The notes beneath the pieces were generated by a model. The model was not told where the DNA came from, made no database searches, and saw only the letters and a program-made list of their open reading frames with translations. A program made the position numbers and the translations under genes. A DNA stretch of 63,991 nucleotides, filler included, from Octopus bimaculoides (taxonomy: Eukaryota): NCBI RefSeq assembly GCF_001194135.2. It is 6 parts of 5 records of this genome, joined end to end, with 100 filler letters (N's around TTAATTAATTAA, not from the genome) between each part and the next. Parts side by side here need not be neighbours in the genome. Positions count along the whole stretch, not along the records: positions 27,559 to 48,906 come from NC_068983.1; positions 49,007 to 55,277 come from NC_068989.1; 4 more parts are not named here. One strand, given 5' to 3'. This document shows, piece by piece, positions 38,498 to 50,035 of the stretch (position 1 is its first letter; each line of letters opens with the position of its first letter).

Positions 38498-40250
38498 CAC
38501 AACAATGCAACACTGTCGACGCACAAAGAATTCGCTTACCATGGAAGCCAATAAATGCATCATTCCGACAGCTACATCCCCAGGAACCAACTGGAAGAAA
38601 ATGCGGAAGCCCTCAACATGCNNNNNNNNNNNNNNNNNNNNNNNNNNNNNNNNNNNNNNNNNNNNNNNNNNNNNNNNNNNNNNNNNNNNNNNNNNNNNNN
38701 NNNNNNNNNNNNNNNNNNNNNNNNNNNNNNNNNNNNNNNNNNNNNNNNNNNNNNNNNNCAACCTTTTCGGCACACACACGCTTTTCGTCTCGTCCCGACC
38801 CTGCATTGTCTACGAACTTTTGTACGTATATAAGACTCTCATATAGACCCTCAACAACCACTTTTTCTTTGCATGCAGATCTTTTTTCACTTTCAGCAGT
38901 AGACTATTTTCAGCTAAGTTTGCCACCTTTTGTTTACTCATTTCTGTACCGTTCATTTCTTTTGCTGTGCCACACAACGCTCATACATGTACCTGCATGT
39001 TAACACTGTCACATTTACGCACCACACCACACCATGCCTTTCTCGCTTGTTTTTCATGCTCCCTGCATCCTTGTAGACACAACTCGTTTATATTATATCC
39101 TAGGTCGGTCACGAACACAGAGAAAGTTGTTCGTCCCTTACAACACACAAGCATGCCACACTTTTCTCCTGCACGTTCAAGGCATTTAATACCTCATGCA
39201 TTGGCTAGCATATTCAGCACTACCTCAATCACTGTATTGTATTTTAATCACTGCACTAGCATACTGCCTAGCCTTGCGCACGCATTGGTACACATACACG
39301 CACGCACCTCTATTACGCCTACTGCCTTGTCTTTCAACACTTCCGTGCCAGCTCTACTTTTTTCCCAACTCGATGCACGTCGGATGTTCACATGCTCTGC
39401 GCTCATGTTTAGACATAATTTCCCTGTTTGACCTGTTTGGTCATGTAATGAATGGAGAAAATTACCTGTCTCGCGCATCACTCCAGCATGATACACTGTT
39501 GTTCTTGCTAACCTCAGCAGTAATTGTTCTGAGTTCAAATGCCGCCGAGGTTGACTTTGCCTTTCATCCTCTCAGAGTTGAGAACAGCACCAGACACATT
39601 TCACTTCTGAAAAACCTTCAAAGCATTTCACACACTGCAATCCTGCAGGAAGATCTTCGATATCATAGACTGAGAATACACTCACTCGCTTACCTAAGCT
39701 TATTTTACAGTGAACTTTTATACGTGCACCTGCACTTGTGTATGCGCCCTCACGTGTGCGGACACTAACTCATTTTCCGTACTGTCCAATCACTGGTTTC
39801 ACATTCTGACACGCAAAGCGACACTGCTATTCAGACTCACTTGAATAAATATCTGTCCCATATATATACTTCAATGATCCTCACTCCTGATATGCAAAAT
39901 TTTTCCTCAGCCATGCATTTCCTTCTCTTGCTCGATCGTTCTTTTCTTTTTGTCGGAACCTCTCTGGAGGGGGAGTGATGTAGCGGCTTCATGCAGGCAT
40001 AGCATAGATTCGATCCCCGATCGCCAAATTTCACTCAACAGTTCAGCATCACCTTTCTCACTGTAAAACAATAGTTTTTCTGTGAGTGACAGCAATTACA
40101 TTTGCTAAGCAGAATAATGTCTTTGCCACTTGACCCTTCTAACCTCTTCTAGGCCACCAAAATCTACAATAGAGATAACAGACCGCCAACGAAATTCATT
40201 GTTCTCAACAATATGTCTCTCCTTTTAATGAGTTTGGATAATTATAAATA
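38495..40250 (+). repeat. Non-coding repeat, unit B (direct copy of unit A, 3'-truncated)
   Basis: Shared blocks such as ACTTCACAACAATGCAACAC, CCTTTTCGGCACACACACGC, CCACTTGACCCTTCTAACCTCTTCTA. Confidence 0.88.
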
Positions 40251-40484
40251 CTAAAACACCGTAGGAAAAAGTTAGTTGGCAAAAAGATGATATAGAAGCG
40301 ACCACAGGCAGAATCCAGTTAATGAGATAATTCAACCGAGAGTAGGCTTACAGTGAGAATGTCAACTATGATACAGTGTCATATCACAACAGCACTGCTG
40401 TTTAAATGTCAGGCACCACGAAGGTATCATTTTATCGACTTCCTACACTCAACATTCACTTTATCTTCCTCTAATTTCTAGTTA

Positions 40485-41358
40485 GGCAGCTAGCAGTTGT
40501 CCTTGTTGGAAGCGAGGAGAAGGCAGCTGTCCTCCAAGCCACAGAAACAGAAAGAGGGTGGAAAGGAAAGACACTGGAACTAATCATTCAAGCGGAGGTG
40601 GGTCATCTCGAGAACTTGACTGAGACGGTGACGTTGGGTGAAATCGTGCTGAGGGTATGGGTAGAGGGCAGAGTACCATGTTGTTTTAAATGTGGTCAAA
40701 AGGGCCACGTTAAAGCATACTGCCCCCTACAGAGGACAATGGCTGAAGATACAGTCGTAGAGACGGAAGAGAAAAGAGAGGAAGAAAAGACAGACGGAGG
40801 AAAGGAGAGAAAAGAGGAAGACTGGAAAGTTTCAGAGAGCAGAAGGAGAAAGAGGAAAAAAAGAAGACACTGAGTATGATGTGGTACACCAGTCCAACTT
40901 CATCCCACCCAAGACTACTCAGACCCACCCTCCCCATACAGACACCAAACCCACCCACCCCATTTCCCCACAAGAAAAAAAGAAAAAGAAAGAAGAGACA
41001 CCACAAAATTTAGAAGACCCCCCCCCTCCCGGTGTAAAAGGTTGTGAATGCATGGAGGAGAGAACGATATCATTAAGTGATGGAGAAAGAGGAAAAAGGT
41101 TTGAACTGAAAGAAAAAAAGGACTTAGGACGCAGAGGAAGCGAGTGGCGTTACTCAGTGTGGGGTGAGTAGCACACTCTTCATAAAATCATTTTCAGATA
41201 TCATTCATGTTATATTTTTAATTTGTTATTCACGTGCATTTTTATGTATCATTCATTATATCATATTTTATTTTTATATTTTTAATTGTTATATGTTTCC
41301 ACATGTGTTGTAGTGTCCCATCTGTGTAATGCCTTTATGGCAAAAATATTGAAATAAA
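40485..41358 (+). mobile_element. ORF1-only (HAL1-like) Tx1/L1 relative, 5'-truncated, with its own 3'UTR
   Basis: ..LELIIQAEVGHLENLTETVTLGEIVLRVWVEGRVPCCFKCGQKGHVKAYC (CCHC knuckle), a charged tail, then a T-rich UTR ending GCCTTTATGGCAA..AATAAA; no ORF2. Confidence 0.7.
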
Positions 41359-44300
41359 GTAGCTTGCTTACCCGTCTCGTTGTCGGATTTGCTTTTGGTG
41401 AGTCGAACGTTTTGTTCAAAATTGGGTTGTTACTATTGGATTTATTGTTATCGTGTCGAACAATTTCGAATTGTTGAAAATTGTTAAATTGTTGAACTGT
41501 TGATATTCTTTGTGCCTTTCCCCGGTGACGGGAGAAAGGAATTGTTTGTGTAAAGCCATTTTGGCAATCATTATATGCTAAAAATTTAACTTTTTAAAGC
41601 CGTTTTAGGCTTATCGTTGCGCCCCACCCCAGCGGGGGTGGGATCTGAACTGTTAATTATTAAAGTCCAGCCGTTGTAGGCTTTATTTATTTATTTTTTT
41701 AACTATCATCCTCATTAAGAGGAAAAACACATCATAGATTTCCCGTTTTGAGGGATTAATTTATGCTGTATTTAATTACAGCCGTTGTAGGCTTTATTTT
41801 TTTAAAACTGTTATCCTCGTTATGAGGAAAAAACACAATATAGGTTCCCCGTCTTTAATGTATTCTGGGTAACCTATTCTGTGTAGGAAAATTGAACTTC
41901 AGCCGTTGTAGGCTTTATTTTTGAACTATTGTTCTCATTAAGAGGGGGCAAAAAACATTATAGGTTTCCCCGTTTTTGGAAAAATTTAATCTCGTTACAG
42001 GCTTTACTGCTACACTTCACCCACTAGCGGAAGGTAGGATTTGAACTGGTATCCTTTTTAAGAGAAAAAAAACAAAAACATAGGTTTCCTGTTTTTAGGG
42101 AGTATAATTGAAAACTTTAGTGTGTAAGAATTAATTTCAACCGAGTATGTCGGTCGAAATAATTTAAGAAGCAAACGTGCTGGATGAGCCAGCAAAAATG
42201 TTCGCGGCAGTAGCCGCTGTATCGTGTGAAAACGTGGTAATACCAACGGAGAAGCTCTACGAGCATTTTGAGAGAATGAAAGAGGAGGGTGGGGATATAA
42301 AGATCTCACCCTCCCCTGGTGTTGAAAATATGAAGAGAAGGACAGTTGTTTACAAAACGTACTGTCCTTCATCAAAAAAATTTAAGCACTTTGAAAAGTG
42401 CGAAATAGAAAAATGCCTGGCCCCTATATGGAAAGTCATAATGTACATAGCGAGGGGCCGGACATATGGAACAACAGAGGCCAGATTTGAGACGGCCGAA
42501 AAAGCACAAGAGCACTCAGTGAATCCCCTGAAACCGAAGGTGGTGGTGCTGCTCCCAACCTACATGGGAAGGAGAACAGCACGCATCAAAGTAACTGAAG
42601 TACCACCAGAAATTGAGGCAAGGGAGGTAGTGGCTGCCCTGTTGTATAACAGGACGGACAAAATTACCTTCCTCCAAATCACATGCACTGCCCCACAAAA
42701 TTGGCACGAGCAGAGCATCTCGGCCATTATTCAGGGGACTCAGGAAGATATCGAAATGCTTCCAGAAAGAGTGCTCTTAGGTGAGGATATTGCCCTCAGG
42801 ATTCAAGTAGAGGGCCAAGAGCCTACGTGTTTCGAATGTGGCAAAAAAGGCCACATTCGCGTAGAATGCGAAATATGGAAGAAAAGAATAAGTGCGCAGA
42901 CATCCGGCTCTTCAACTACAAAAAAAGACCCCAAACCCGCACACAAATTAGCCCCCCACAGAAACAAATACTCCCACCTACCCACCCCCATCTGTGGCAT
43001 CCACTCTCAAACAAGACACCCAAGAACCCCAGGCTATGCACACACCGGTCCCGACAGAAACAGATACACCCACCCCCTCTGAAGTAACAACTCCCTTGGA
43101 AGACACAATGGAGATGATCGAGGGGGAGTTCATGACATCCAGAAAAAAGAGAACGCTTGCACCTTCCCCATCCATATCCCCCACAAAAAAAAAAGAAAAA
43201 CAACAACACACCACAAAAAAAAGCCCCGCCCCACTGTCCCAGAAGAGAAAATAAAGAAAAAGACGGGACAAAAACCCTGGTAAAATTTGATANNNNNNNN
43301 NNNNNNNNNNNNNNNNNNNNNNNNNNNNNNNNNNNNNNNNNNNNNNNNNNNNNNNNNNNNNNNNNNNNNNNNNNNNNNNNNNNNNNNNNNNNNNNNNNNN
43401 NNNNNNNNNNNNNNNNNNNNNNNNNNNNCGAGCATTCTGGACCTTCCGCAGTATTTGAAGGAGTTTTTGAAGGAGCAGGAGGAAAGGGTGAGGTCAGCCC
43501 CAACATCACCAATAAAAGAAAAAGTCAAAGAATAAGTAGAACCCTTGCTTTTGTTTTGTTTTGAATGACTGCACTTAACCATGGGTGTTTGAATGTGCGT
43601 GGTCTGAGCTCGAAGTGGAAGCAAGCTTGTTTCCTCGACGACTTCAGATCACACGATATGCATGTGATGGTTGCTACAGAGACCAAGCTGGATAGTCTAC
43701 AAGTCTTCTCGCCCCTCCTGAATGACTATGAGAAAATCATGTCTCCTAGCCAGACCAGGGGGCGAGGGTTGTAGTAGTACTGGTTCGAAAAGGCTTGGGT
43801 CTGCAGACAAGTACAGTCTGTGTAGACCAGAAGGTGAGCTGGTCGTCCTTGATGTGACATACAGCAGTAAGGCCTTCAGGTTGATCGGGATCTATGCACC
43901 CTGTGCTAGAGGATTTCAAACTGATTTTTATCGGCGCCTAGAGAACTTTCTCGTGACGTCGAAGTCATTAGTGGTGTTAGGCGACTATAACGCTATCGTT
44001 GACGCATGCATCGATAGCGTTGGCTCAATCGATAGGAAAGTGAACTCACGTCTCGTAGATCTGCTTAAGCGTTTTCAGCTGGCAGATCGTTGCAGACTTG
44101 ACCACCCGAACATCCCAGAGTGGGCCTGGATGAGTGGCGACGGAAGGTTCAAGTCTTACTTAGATAGGATAGTGATAAGGACTAGAGATAAGTCTAGTTT
44201 TGGCTATCCACAGCTTGTCCAAGTAGCTTACACTGACCATAGAATGGTTAAGTGTACACTGGACGTAGATAATACAGTTAAGAGAGAATCCGACTACTGG

Positions 44301-46850
44301 AAGCTGAACAAGTCTATTTTGACTTGCGAGGCATACCGTAGCCGGATTAAGGAATTAGTACAAAAGGCATTAACCGGCGCTGTGGTTAATAACCGATGGT
44401 GGTTCGCCCTCAACAGAGCCATTCGTTTTGAGTCTATTAGGTTTAGCCATTGGCTAAGACTAGATAAGGTTAGAATAGAAGGGCAACTAGTTAAGGACCT
44501 AGAAGAGGCGTTGAGGTTGGGCTCTGCATCTCACATTTTGGCAGCGAGAACGGCCTTGGACCGTCACATCAAAGACAAACATGAGGGGTACAGAGTTCAG
44601 GCTAAAGTGCGCGCATTGGGCCGTGAGGGAATTAATGTTGTCGGATGGGCCCGTACGGTTGAAACCCAGGTGGCAATGATGCCACAATTAAGTCTCTTGT
44701 CGATGATAATGGGTGTTCGGTCGATGGACGGGACGAGATATGTGAGGCGCTTCACAAGCACTTTGCCGAGTTGTTCAGGAGTGGCGGGACGCTGGATCAT
44801 GGCGAAGCCCTTAGAGACTTCCTGTCTGGCGGCGCGCGTCTCTCAGCACGAGAGGCTGAGTGCTGTGAGGGGCCAATCACGGCTGAGGAGGTGATCGAGG
44901 TACTGGGCGAATGCCCCGGGGAGAAGTCGCCGGTATGAATTTTTACAAANNNNNNNNNNNNNNNNNNNNNNNNNNNNNNNNNNNNNNNNNNNNNNNNNNN
45001 NNNNNNNNNNNNNNNNNNNNNNNNNNNNNNNNNNNNNNNNNNNNNNNNNNNNNNNNNNNNNNNNNNNNNNNNNNNNNNNNNNNNNNNNNNNNNNNNNNNN
45101 NNNNNNNNNNNNNNNNNNNNNNNNNNNNNNNNNNNNNNNNNNNNNNNNNNNNNNNNNNNNNNNNNNNNNNNNNNNNNNNNNNNNNNNNNNNNNNNNNNNN
45201 NNNNNNNNNNNNNNNNNNNNNNNNNNNNNNNNNNNNNNNNNNNNNAGAGTTAAAGATTTTGACCAAGGTGCTAGCGAAAAGGTTAGCGCGGGTCGTGGAC
45301 AAACTTGTCGGGGAAGCGCAAACGTGCGCTATCCTGGGCAGGACGATCCACGACAATCTCCACTTTATACGCTATTCCTTAGAGAAGGTGGAGAAGCTTT
45401 CTGGCGCAGGGGGGGGGCACTGGTACATTTAGACCAGTCTAAGGCTTTCGGTAGGGTTGACCATCGGTACTTGGTGGCGGTCCTCGAGAAGGCTGGCCTG
45501 GGCCCGACCTTTCGCAGTTGGATTGCTGCGTTGTACAGCGACATTCAGTCGGTCGTAAAAGTGAATGGCTTCCTTTCGAAGCCATTCAGGATCGAACGCT
45601 CACTGCGTCAGTGGTGTCCCCTGTCTCCGATTTTGAATGTGTTGGCTCTCGAGCCATTACTGCGGAAGTTGGAGGTGCTAGGGGGCACACCGCATGATCT
45701 ATGGTGTGGAAGAGGAGCTACGGCGTATGCGGATGACATCTCCATCATCGTGACGGATGAGGGCCAGCTTCCAGTGGTGGAAGAGGCTATCAAATGTTAC
45801 GAGGCAGTGGCAGGAGCAAAGGTTAACAAGGACATGTTGATCGGTTNNNNNNNNNNNNNNNNNNNNNNNNNNNNNNNNNNNNNNNNNNNNNNNNNNNNNN
45901 NNNNNNNNNNNNNNNNNNNNNNNNNNNNNNNNNNNNNNNNNNNNNNNNNNNNNNNNNNNNNNNNNNNNNNNNNNNNNNNNNNNNNNNNNNNNNNNNNNNN
46001 NNNNNNNNNNNNNNNNNNNNNNNNNNNNNNNNNNNNNNNNNNNNNNNNNNNNNNNNNNNNNNNNNNNNNNNNNNNNNNNNNNNNNNNNNNNNNNNNNNNN
46101 NNNNNNNNNNNNNNNNNNNNNNNNNNNNNNNNNNNNNNNNNNNNNNNNNNNNTCAGGCCTCCAGACAGAGAAAAATTGGAGTGAGGTGACCAGCAAGGTC
46201 ACTGCTCTAACCCAGACTGGCAATTGGAGTGCCGCCAGGCACCTCAGCTACTCCCTCGGGCGAGCAATGCCGGCAAGAGGAGTTCCACCGCGGATTTTTA
46301 TAGCGGGTTAGTGGGATTTATGTCCGAAGACGCCTTGGAGGAGACCCTGGGCTACGATGAAAATCAGTTGATCAACCTGTTCAGAAGAACTTTTGGGCCG
46401 GGGTATCTGGAAGTTACCAGAAATCCCTGGCTTAGCAGTGCTTCCGTGCGACGTTACCTGTTCGGGATAAACTGTCAAGGCACGGAAGTGCCGTATCACC
46501 GACATGTCCGAGGTGCGGGCGGGACAAGGAAACCGTCTTGCACGCATTTGTGAATGTCTGGAATTAATGAGACTGATAGTTTTCGCAGAGCAACTGTTGT
46601 CATCGATGGGAAGAGTACAGCTATCAGCTGAATCTATCATCGAGATTGTGCCGCCTCCTTCCCTTAACAGGGAAAGGAAGGCTTGCTCTTCCTGCGTAGT
46701 AGCCATACTGAAAGAAACAGTATGGAAGACGCGTGTGAGAGGCATAGCGACGGGTACCTTTGTATCCGGCCAGGGGTTAGTTAACTTTTTAAGTTACCAC
46801 CTCAGTAGTAAGATCAGGCTGGAGAAGAGGTACCTGTCACGATGGCTAAT
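41359..46850 (+). mobile_element. Tx1-clade L1-like LINE, near full-length but decayed
   Basis: 5'UTR 41359-42176; ORF1 42177-~43540 (CFECGKKGHIRVEC); ORF2 from 43565 with APE endonuclease (LNVRGL..ETKL, YAP, GDYN, SYLDRI, TDH), RT (KILTKVLAKRL, LDQSKAF, RQWCPLSP, YADD about 45727) and C-terminal CPRC..ETVLHAFVEC (46505-46557). Frameshifts and an internal deletion. Confidence 0.94.
41590..42100 (+). promoter_or_regulatory. Tandem ~95-120-bp monomers in the Tx1 5'UTR (putative internal promoter)
   Basis: CAGCCGTTGTAGGCTTTATT at 41668, 41779 and 41900, with degenerate copies near 41598 and 41992. Promoter role inferred from rodent L1 monomers. Confidence 0.55.
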
Positions 46851-47465
46851 TAAGATAAACTCCAACCAAGATCGTTTTCTTTGTTTACGTATTATTATTA
46901 CTTCAACTAAACGCCATCTGTTGTTGTCATCTTATTTCCATGTGACCTAATGCCTCTTACTTTTTTCTTGTGTAAATTCTTTAGGCCCTGGCTAATAGTG
47001 ACTGCTTGTAATTTATGCCTCAGATGTATGTGTATTAGCAAATTTTATTCCATTGCAACTTTTGATTCTATTTGGGCATTACTGTTCAACACAGTTCTCA
47101 CTGCACATGCAACCATGTGTTGCCATTTGTTGGCACACTACAGAACTAGTCCGAGCACTTTTGATATATATACCATAGGACTGTTTAAACAAATCTAACT
47201 TGGGCTACCCAAAAATGTATTTCAAAAACAACTAAGTTTATTTATGATTTAGAATTTTCTAATAAATGTTCTTTTACTGGTTTCATTTATTGGAATATTA
47301 CTTTGCTAGTCTCCACTTTCAAGGGTTTAGCCTAATCATATGAATCCCAGTAGTTATTTTAAGTCTGGTACCATTTCTTAAAATTTTTATTTTTGAACCT
47401 TTCATTAATTTATGGAACATAGTATAAAGACACACACCAACTTGTGTATGTGTACACATACTTAC

Positions 47466-47585
47466 AACAGGCTTCCATGCAGTTTCTGTCAACCAGATCT
47501 CACTCACAAGGCATTGATTAACATGATACTAGTAGAAAACACTTACCCAAGCTGGCACACAGTAGCACCAAACCAAAACCACTCA
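47466..47585 (-). mobile_element. Old SINE family 2 head/body fragment
   Basis: GGCTTCCATGCAGTTTCTGTCAACCAGATCTCACTCACAAGGC..AGTAGAAAACACTTACCCAAG is a diverged match to 57236-57320. Confidence 0.7.
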
Positions 47586-47898
47586 CTAACCACACTAATG
47601 ATATTTTAGAAAATGTATCTGTAGATAGTGAAGAGCATTTAGTTAATTTTTAAATAAACTTTAAAATATGAAAAGCGCTTTCAGCTTTTATGCTTAAATC
47701 TAATCTTTGAATGTTCTTGCTAATGCTGGAAAAAAAGAAAAAGAAATTTGATAAAAGGTGGCGGAGGAGAATTCTCTTGCTTTTATTTCAGTTACCATGT
47801 TGGTATTTTGCCTCTAGTGGAAATAATTTATTATTGTTTTAAGTAGTTGCATATTTGTATATATATATATCAGTGTATAAACACATTTACAGACAAGC

Positions 47899-47974
47899 CA
47901 TCATCTGATGTCCAGCTTCTATGTTGAACTGTCCAACCCATATTAAAATGGAAGCTGGACATTAGATGATAATG
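47899..47974. repeat. Short inverted repeat (about 21-bp arms), probable collapsed MITE-like remnant
   Basis: TCATCTGATGTCCAGCTTCT ... GGAAGCTGGACATTAGATGA. Confidence 0.75.
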
Positions 47975-48039
47975 AGGAAGATGATCTGTGTGTACATGTA
48001 TTTGTAGGATGGCAGATCAAGAAAGAGTAGCAAACTTTT

Positions 48040-48672
48040 AAGTGGTTATGTAAACCAATCTTTGAATGACACATTCTGATGTATTAGAAGCAAGTATGCA
48101 GTCTTTAGTTAGATGGAGGTTGTGACAGTGACTCTTTCCTTCTATGGTGTTTCTCATCTTCCACAGTTGCACCTGCCTTCTCAAGAGTTGCTTGCAACAG
48201 TATGGATGCAATCTCACCATACCTCCCTCTGTGTTGCATCTTCCTCTCACCATGTGGGGTCTACCCTGCCTGGGTGAACTGGAATTTCAGCTGGTCTTTG
48301 AAACTCTTCTGGGGGATTTTCTGTCTCATTTGCTTTGGTTGAGCTCTCTGTAGAATACAGCATCTGGCAATCTGGATGTATTCATGCATGAAACTTTGTC
48401 TGCTCATCTGAGCTATCTGAGCAGCAGATTGATTTCAATTCTTAGAATATTGGCTTACTGAAGGATGTCATTATTGGTGAGTGCTCCTTTTATGAGATAT
48501 CCATGATGGAGTGAAGTCATTTTTGGTGAAAGCATTCCAGCAGCTTGACCTGCTTCCTGTACAACACCCTAGTTTCTGATCCATTGAGGAGAATGGTGAT
48601 GACAACTGCCTCATAGACTTTGATTTTGGTGGATAGGTGCAGTGCGCAGATCTGCCACTCATGCTTCTGCAT
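48040..48672 (-). mobile_element. RTE (BovB-like) LINE 3' end, decayed
   Basis: LSTKIKVYEAVVITILLNGSET..LLECFHQK..RLPDAVFYREL..PQKSFKDQLK..CHSKIGLHNH. Confidence 0.9.
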
Positions 48673-49814
48673 ATATACTCTTCTATATTTATACACAGTT
48701 ACTTAATAGATTGTAACCACTGGAGGCAAAATACCAACATGCCCACCAAAATAAAAGAAGGCACATTCCCTTCTATCTATAAAACTTGTATGAGTGAATT
48801 CAGACACTTCCAACAAATGATCTCTATTAAACCTTTTGTTAACATATTTCTTTTGAAAAATGCTACCCTTGCTTCAATTAATTCTTAAAATAATGAAGAA
48901 TTTAGTNNNNNNNNNNNNNNNNNNNNNNNNNNNNNNNNNNNNNNNNNNNNTTAATTAATTAANNNNNNNNNNNNNNNNNNNNNNNNNNNNNNNNNNNNNN
49001 NNNNNNATCATTCACAGATTAGTTTCGGAGTGATTGCCCTTTCTCAATGTGGTGTAGCCGAACCCAGCAGGCGACGCTGCTGAGTGTCTGTTCGAAGGTT
49101 TATTTACCTATATTCAGTGAAACAGATCCACTGGTTTTCAAAAATAGAAATATTAATATTTCTAAATCTCTCTAAAGGAGACTACGGCAGTAGTACTGGG
49201 TATTAATAGTTATCGCGATGCTAACATGGCATTTCAAGAAAACAGGACGTATGCTGCCGTTGATTAGCTCCAAGAGGCCATCACCTCTTGTTAGCTATGT
49301 GATACACAAACTCACGATTATTTTGGTGAAGTTTATTTGTTCTGATGAGTTCATAATAAGACCGAAATCACACCAGGAGTTATCTCCAATGCTTGCCGAA
49401 TTAACAGAAGTGATATTAACTATTGATTAGTCTGATTTTTATCTACTAAATAATTATTTCTAATTAGCTTTTAAATCTGAACACGCATGTTCGCTTTTGC
49501 GAGCGTAATTTCATTTGACCATATCACCAGAAGACGGACGCAAAAGTGGTTAATATAGTTCTATGTTAACTGCTGAAAGCATCTATTTTTCTGCCCGGCA
49601 GCGAGCCGTAAACACAAAGCCATGTGACCGCTCGTTTTCGCATATTTCAAAAGTATAATAAAAAAAAACCGCGTCAGCTTAAGCGTACTCGCAGGTTCAA
49701 AGTTTAATACTCCATGTATTATACACATGATGTCGGAACAAATAACGTGAGGGGAAAAAAACCATACTGGTTATAGCTGAAAAACCCTTAAAAGGGTTTT
49801 TCGGTCTACTTTAT

Positions 49815-50035
49815 CAGGAATGATTTGCAGCTAATATCAGAATTAAAATCTTCAGAAATAGAAGTTATTGAGATTTCTGCTGAAAAGAGAGCCGGTTCAT
49901 AAATTCTGACTGTATAAACAATGATCAAGTTGGGTTGGATGAAGTGATGGACGCAAAAACAATATTTGGGATGTTCTTTGATCCTGGTAAGTCGCCCGAC
50001 TGAATGGATGATAATAAGAATTTTTAGCAGGCAAA
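49815..50035 (+). repeat. Local duplicate of 50330-50500 (SAMD9-like GEIEV..PDW segment)
   Basis: GAAGTTATTGAGATTTCTGCT, TGTATAAACAATGAT and CGCCCGACTG.ATGGATGATAATA are shared. Confidence 0.9.

Noticed and set aside
41359-41372. GTAGCTTGCTTACC at the HAL1/Tx1 junction as a SINE-head target site or TSD
   Set aside because: No matching duplicate at the other ends, and the in-window SINE heads differ from it.
36469-42100. CRISPR-like repeat/spacer reading of the 16-bp minisatellite or the Tx1 monomers
   Set aside because: Eukaryotic context, no unique spacers (inter-repeat sequence is homologous), and no cas genes.
49261-49266. Rescue of TAG stops to Trp by A-to-I editing, making the SAMD9-like copies functional
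   Set aside because: Editing could fix single TAG codons but not the many frameshifts, TE insertions and stops at non-Trp positions.
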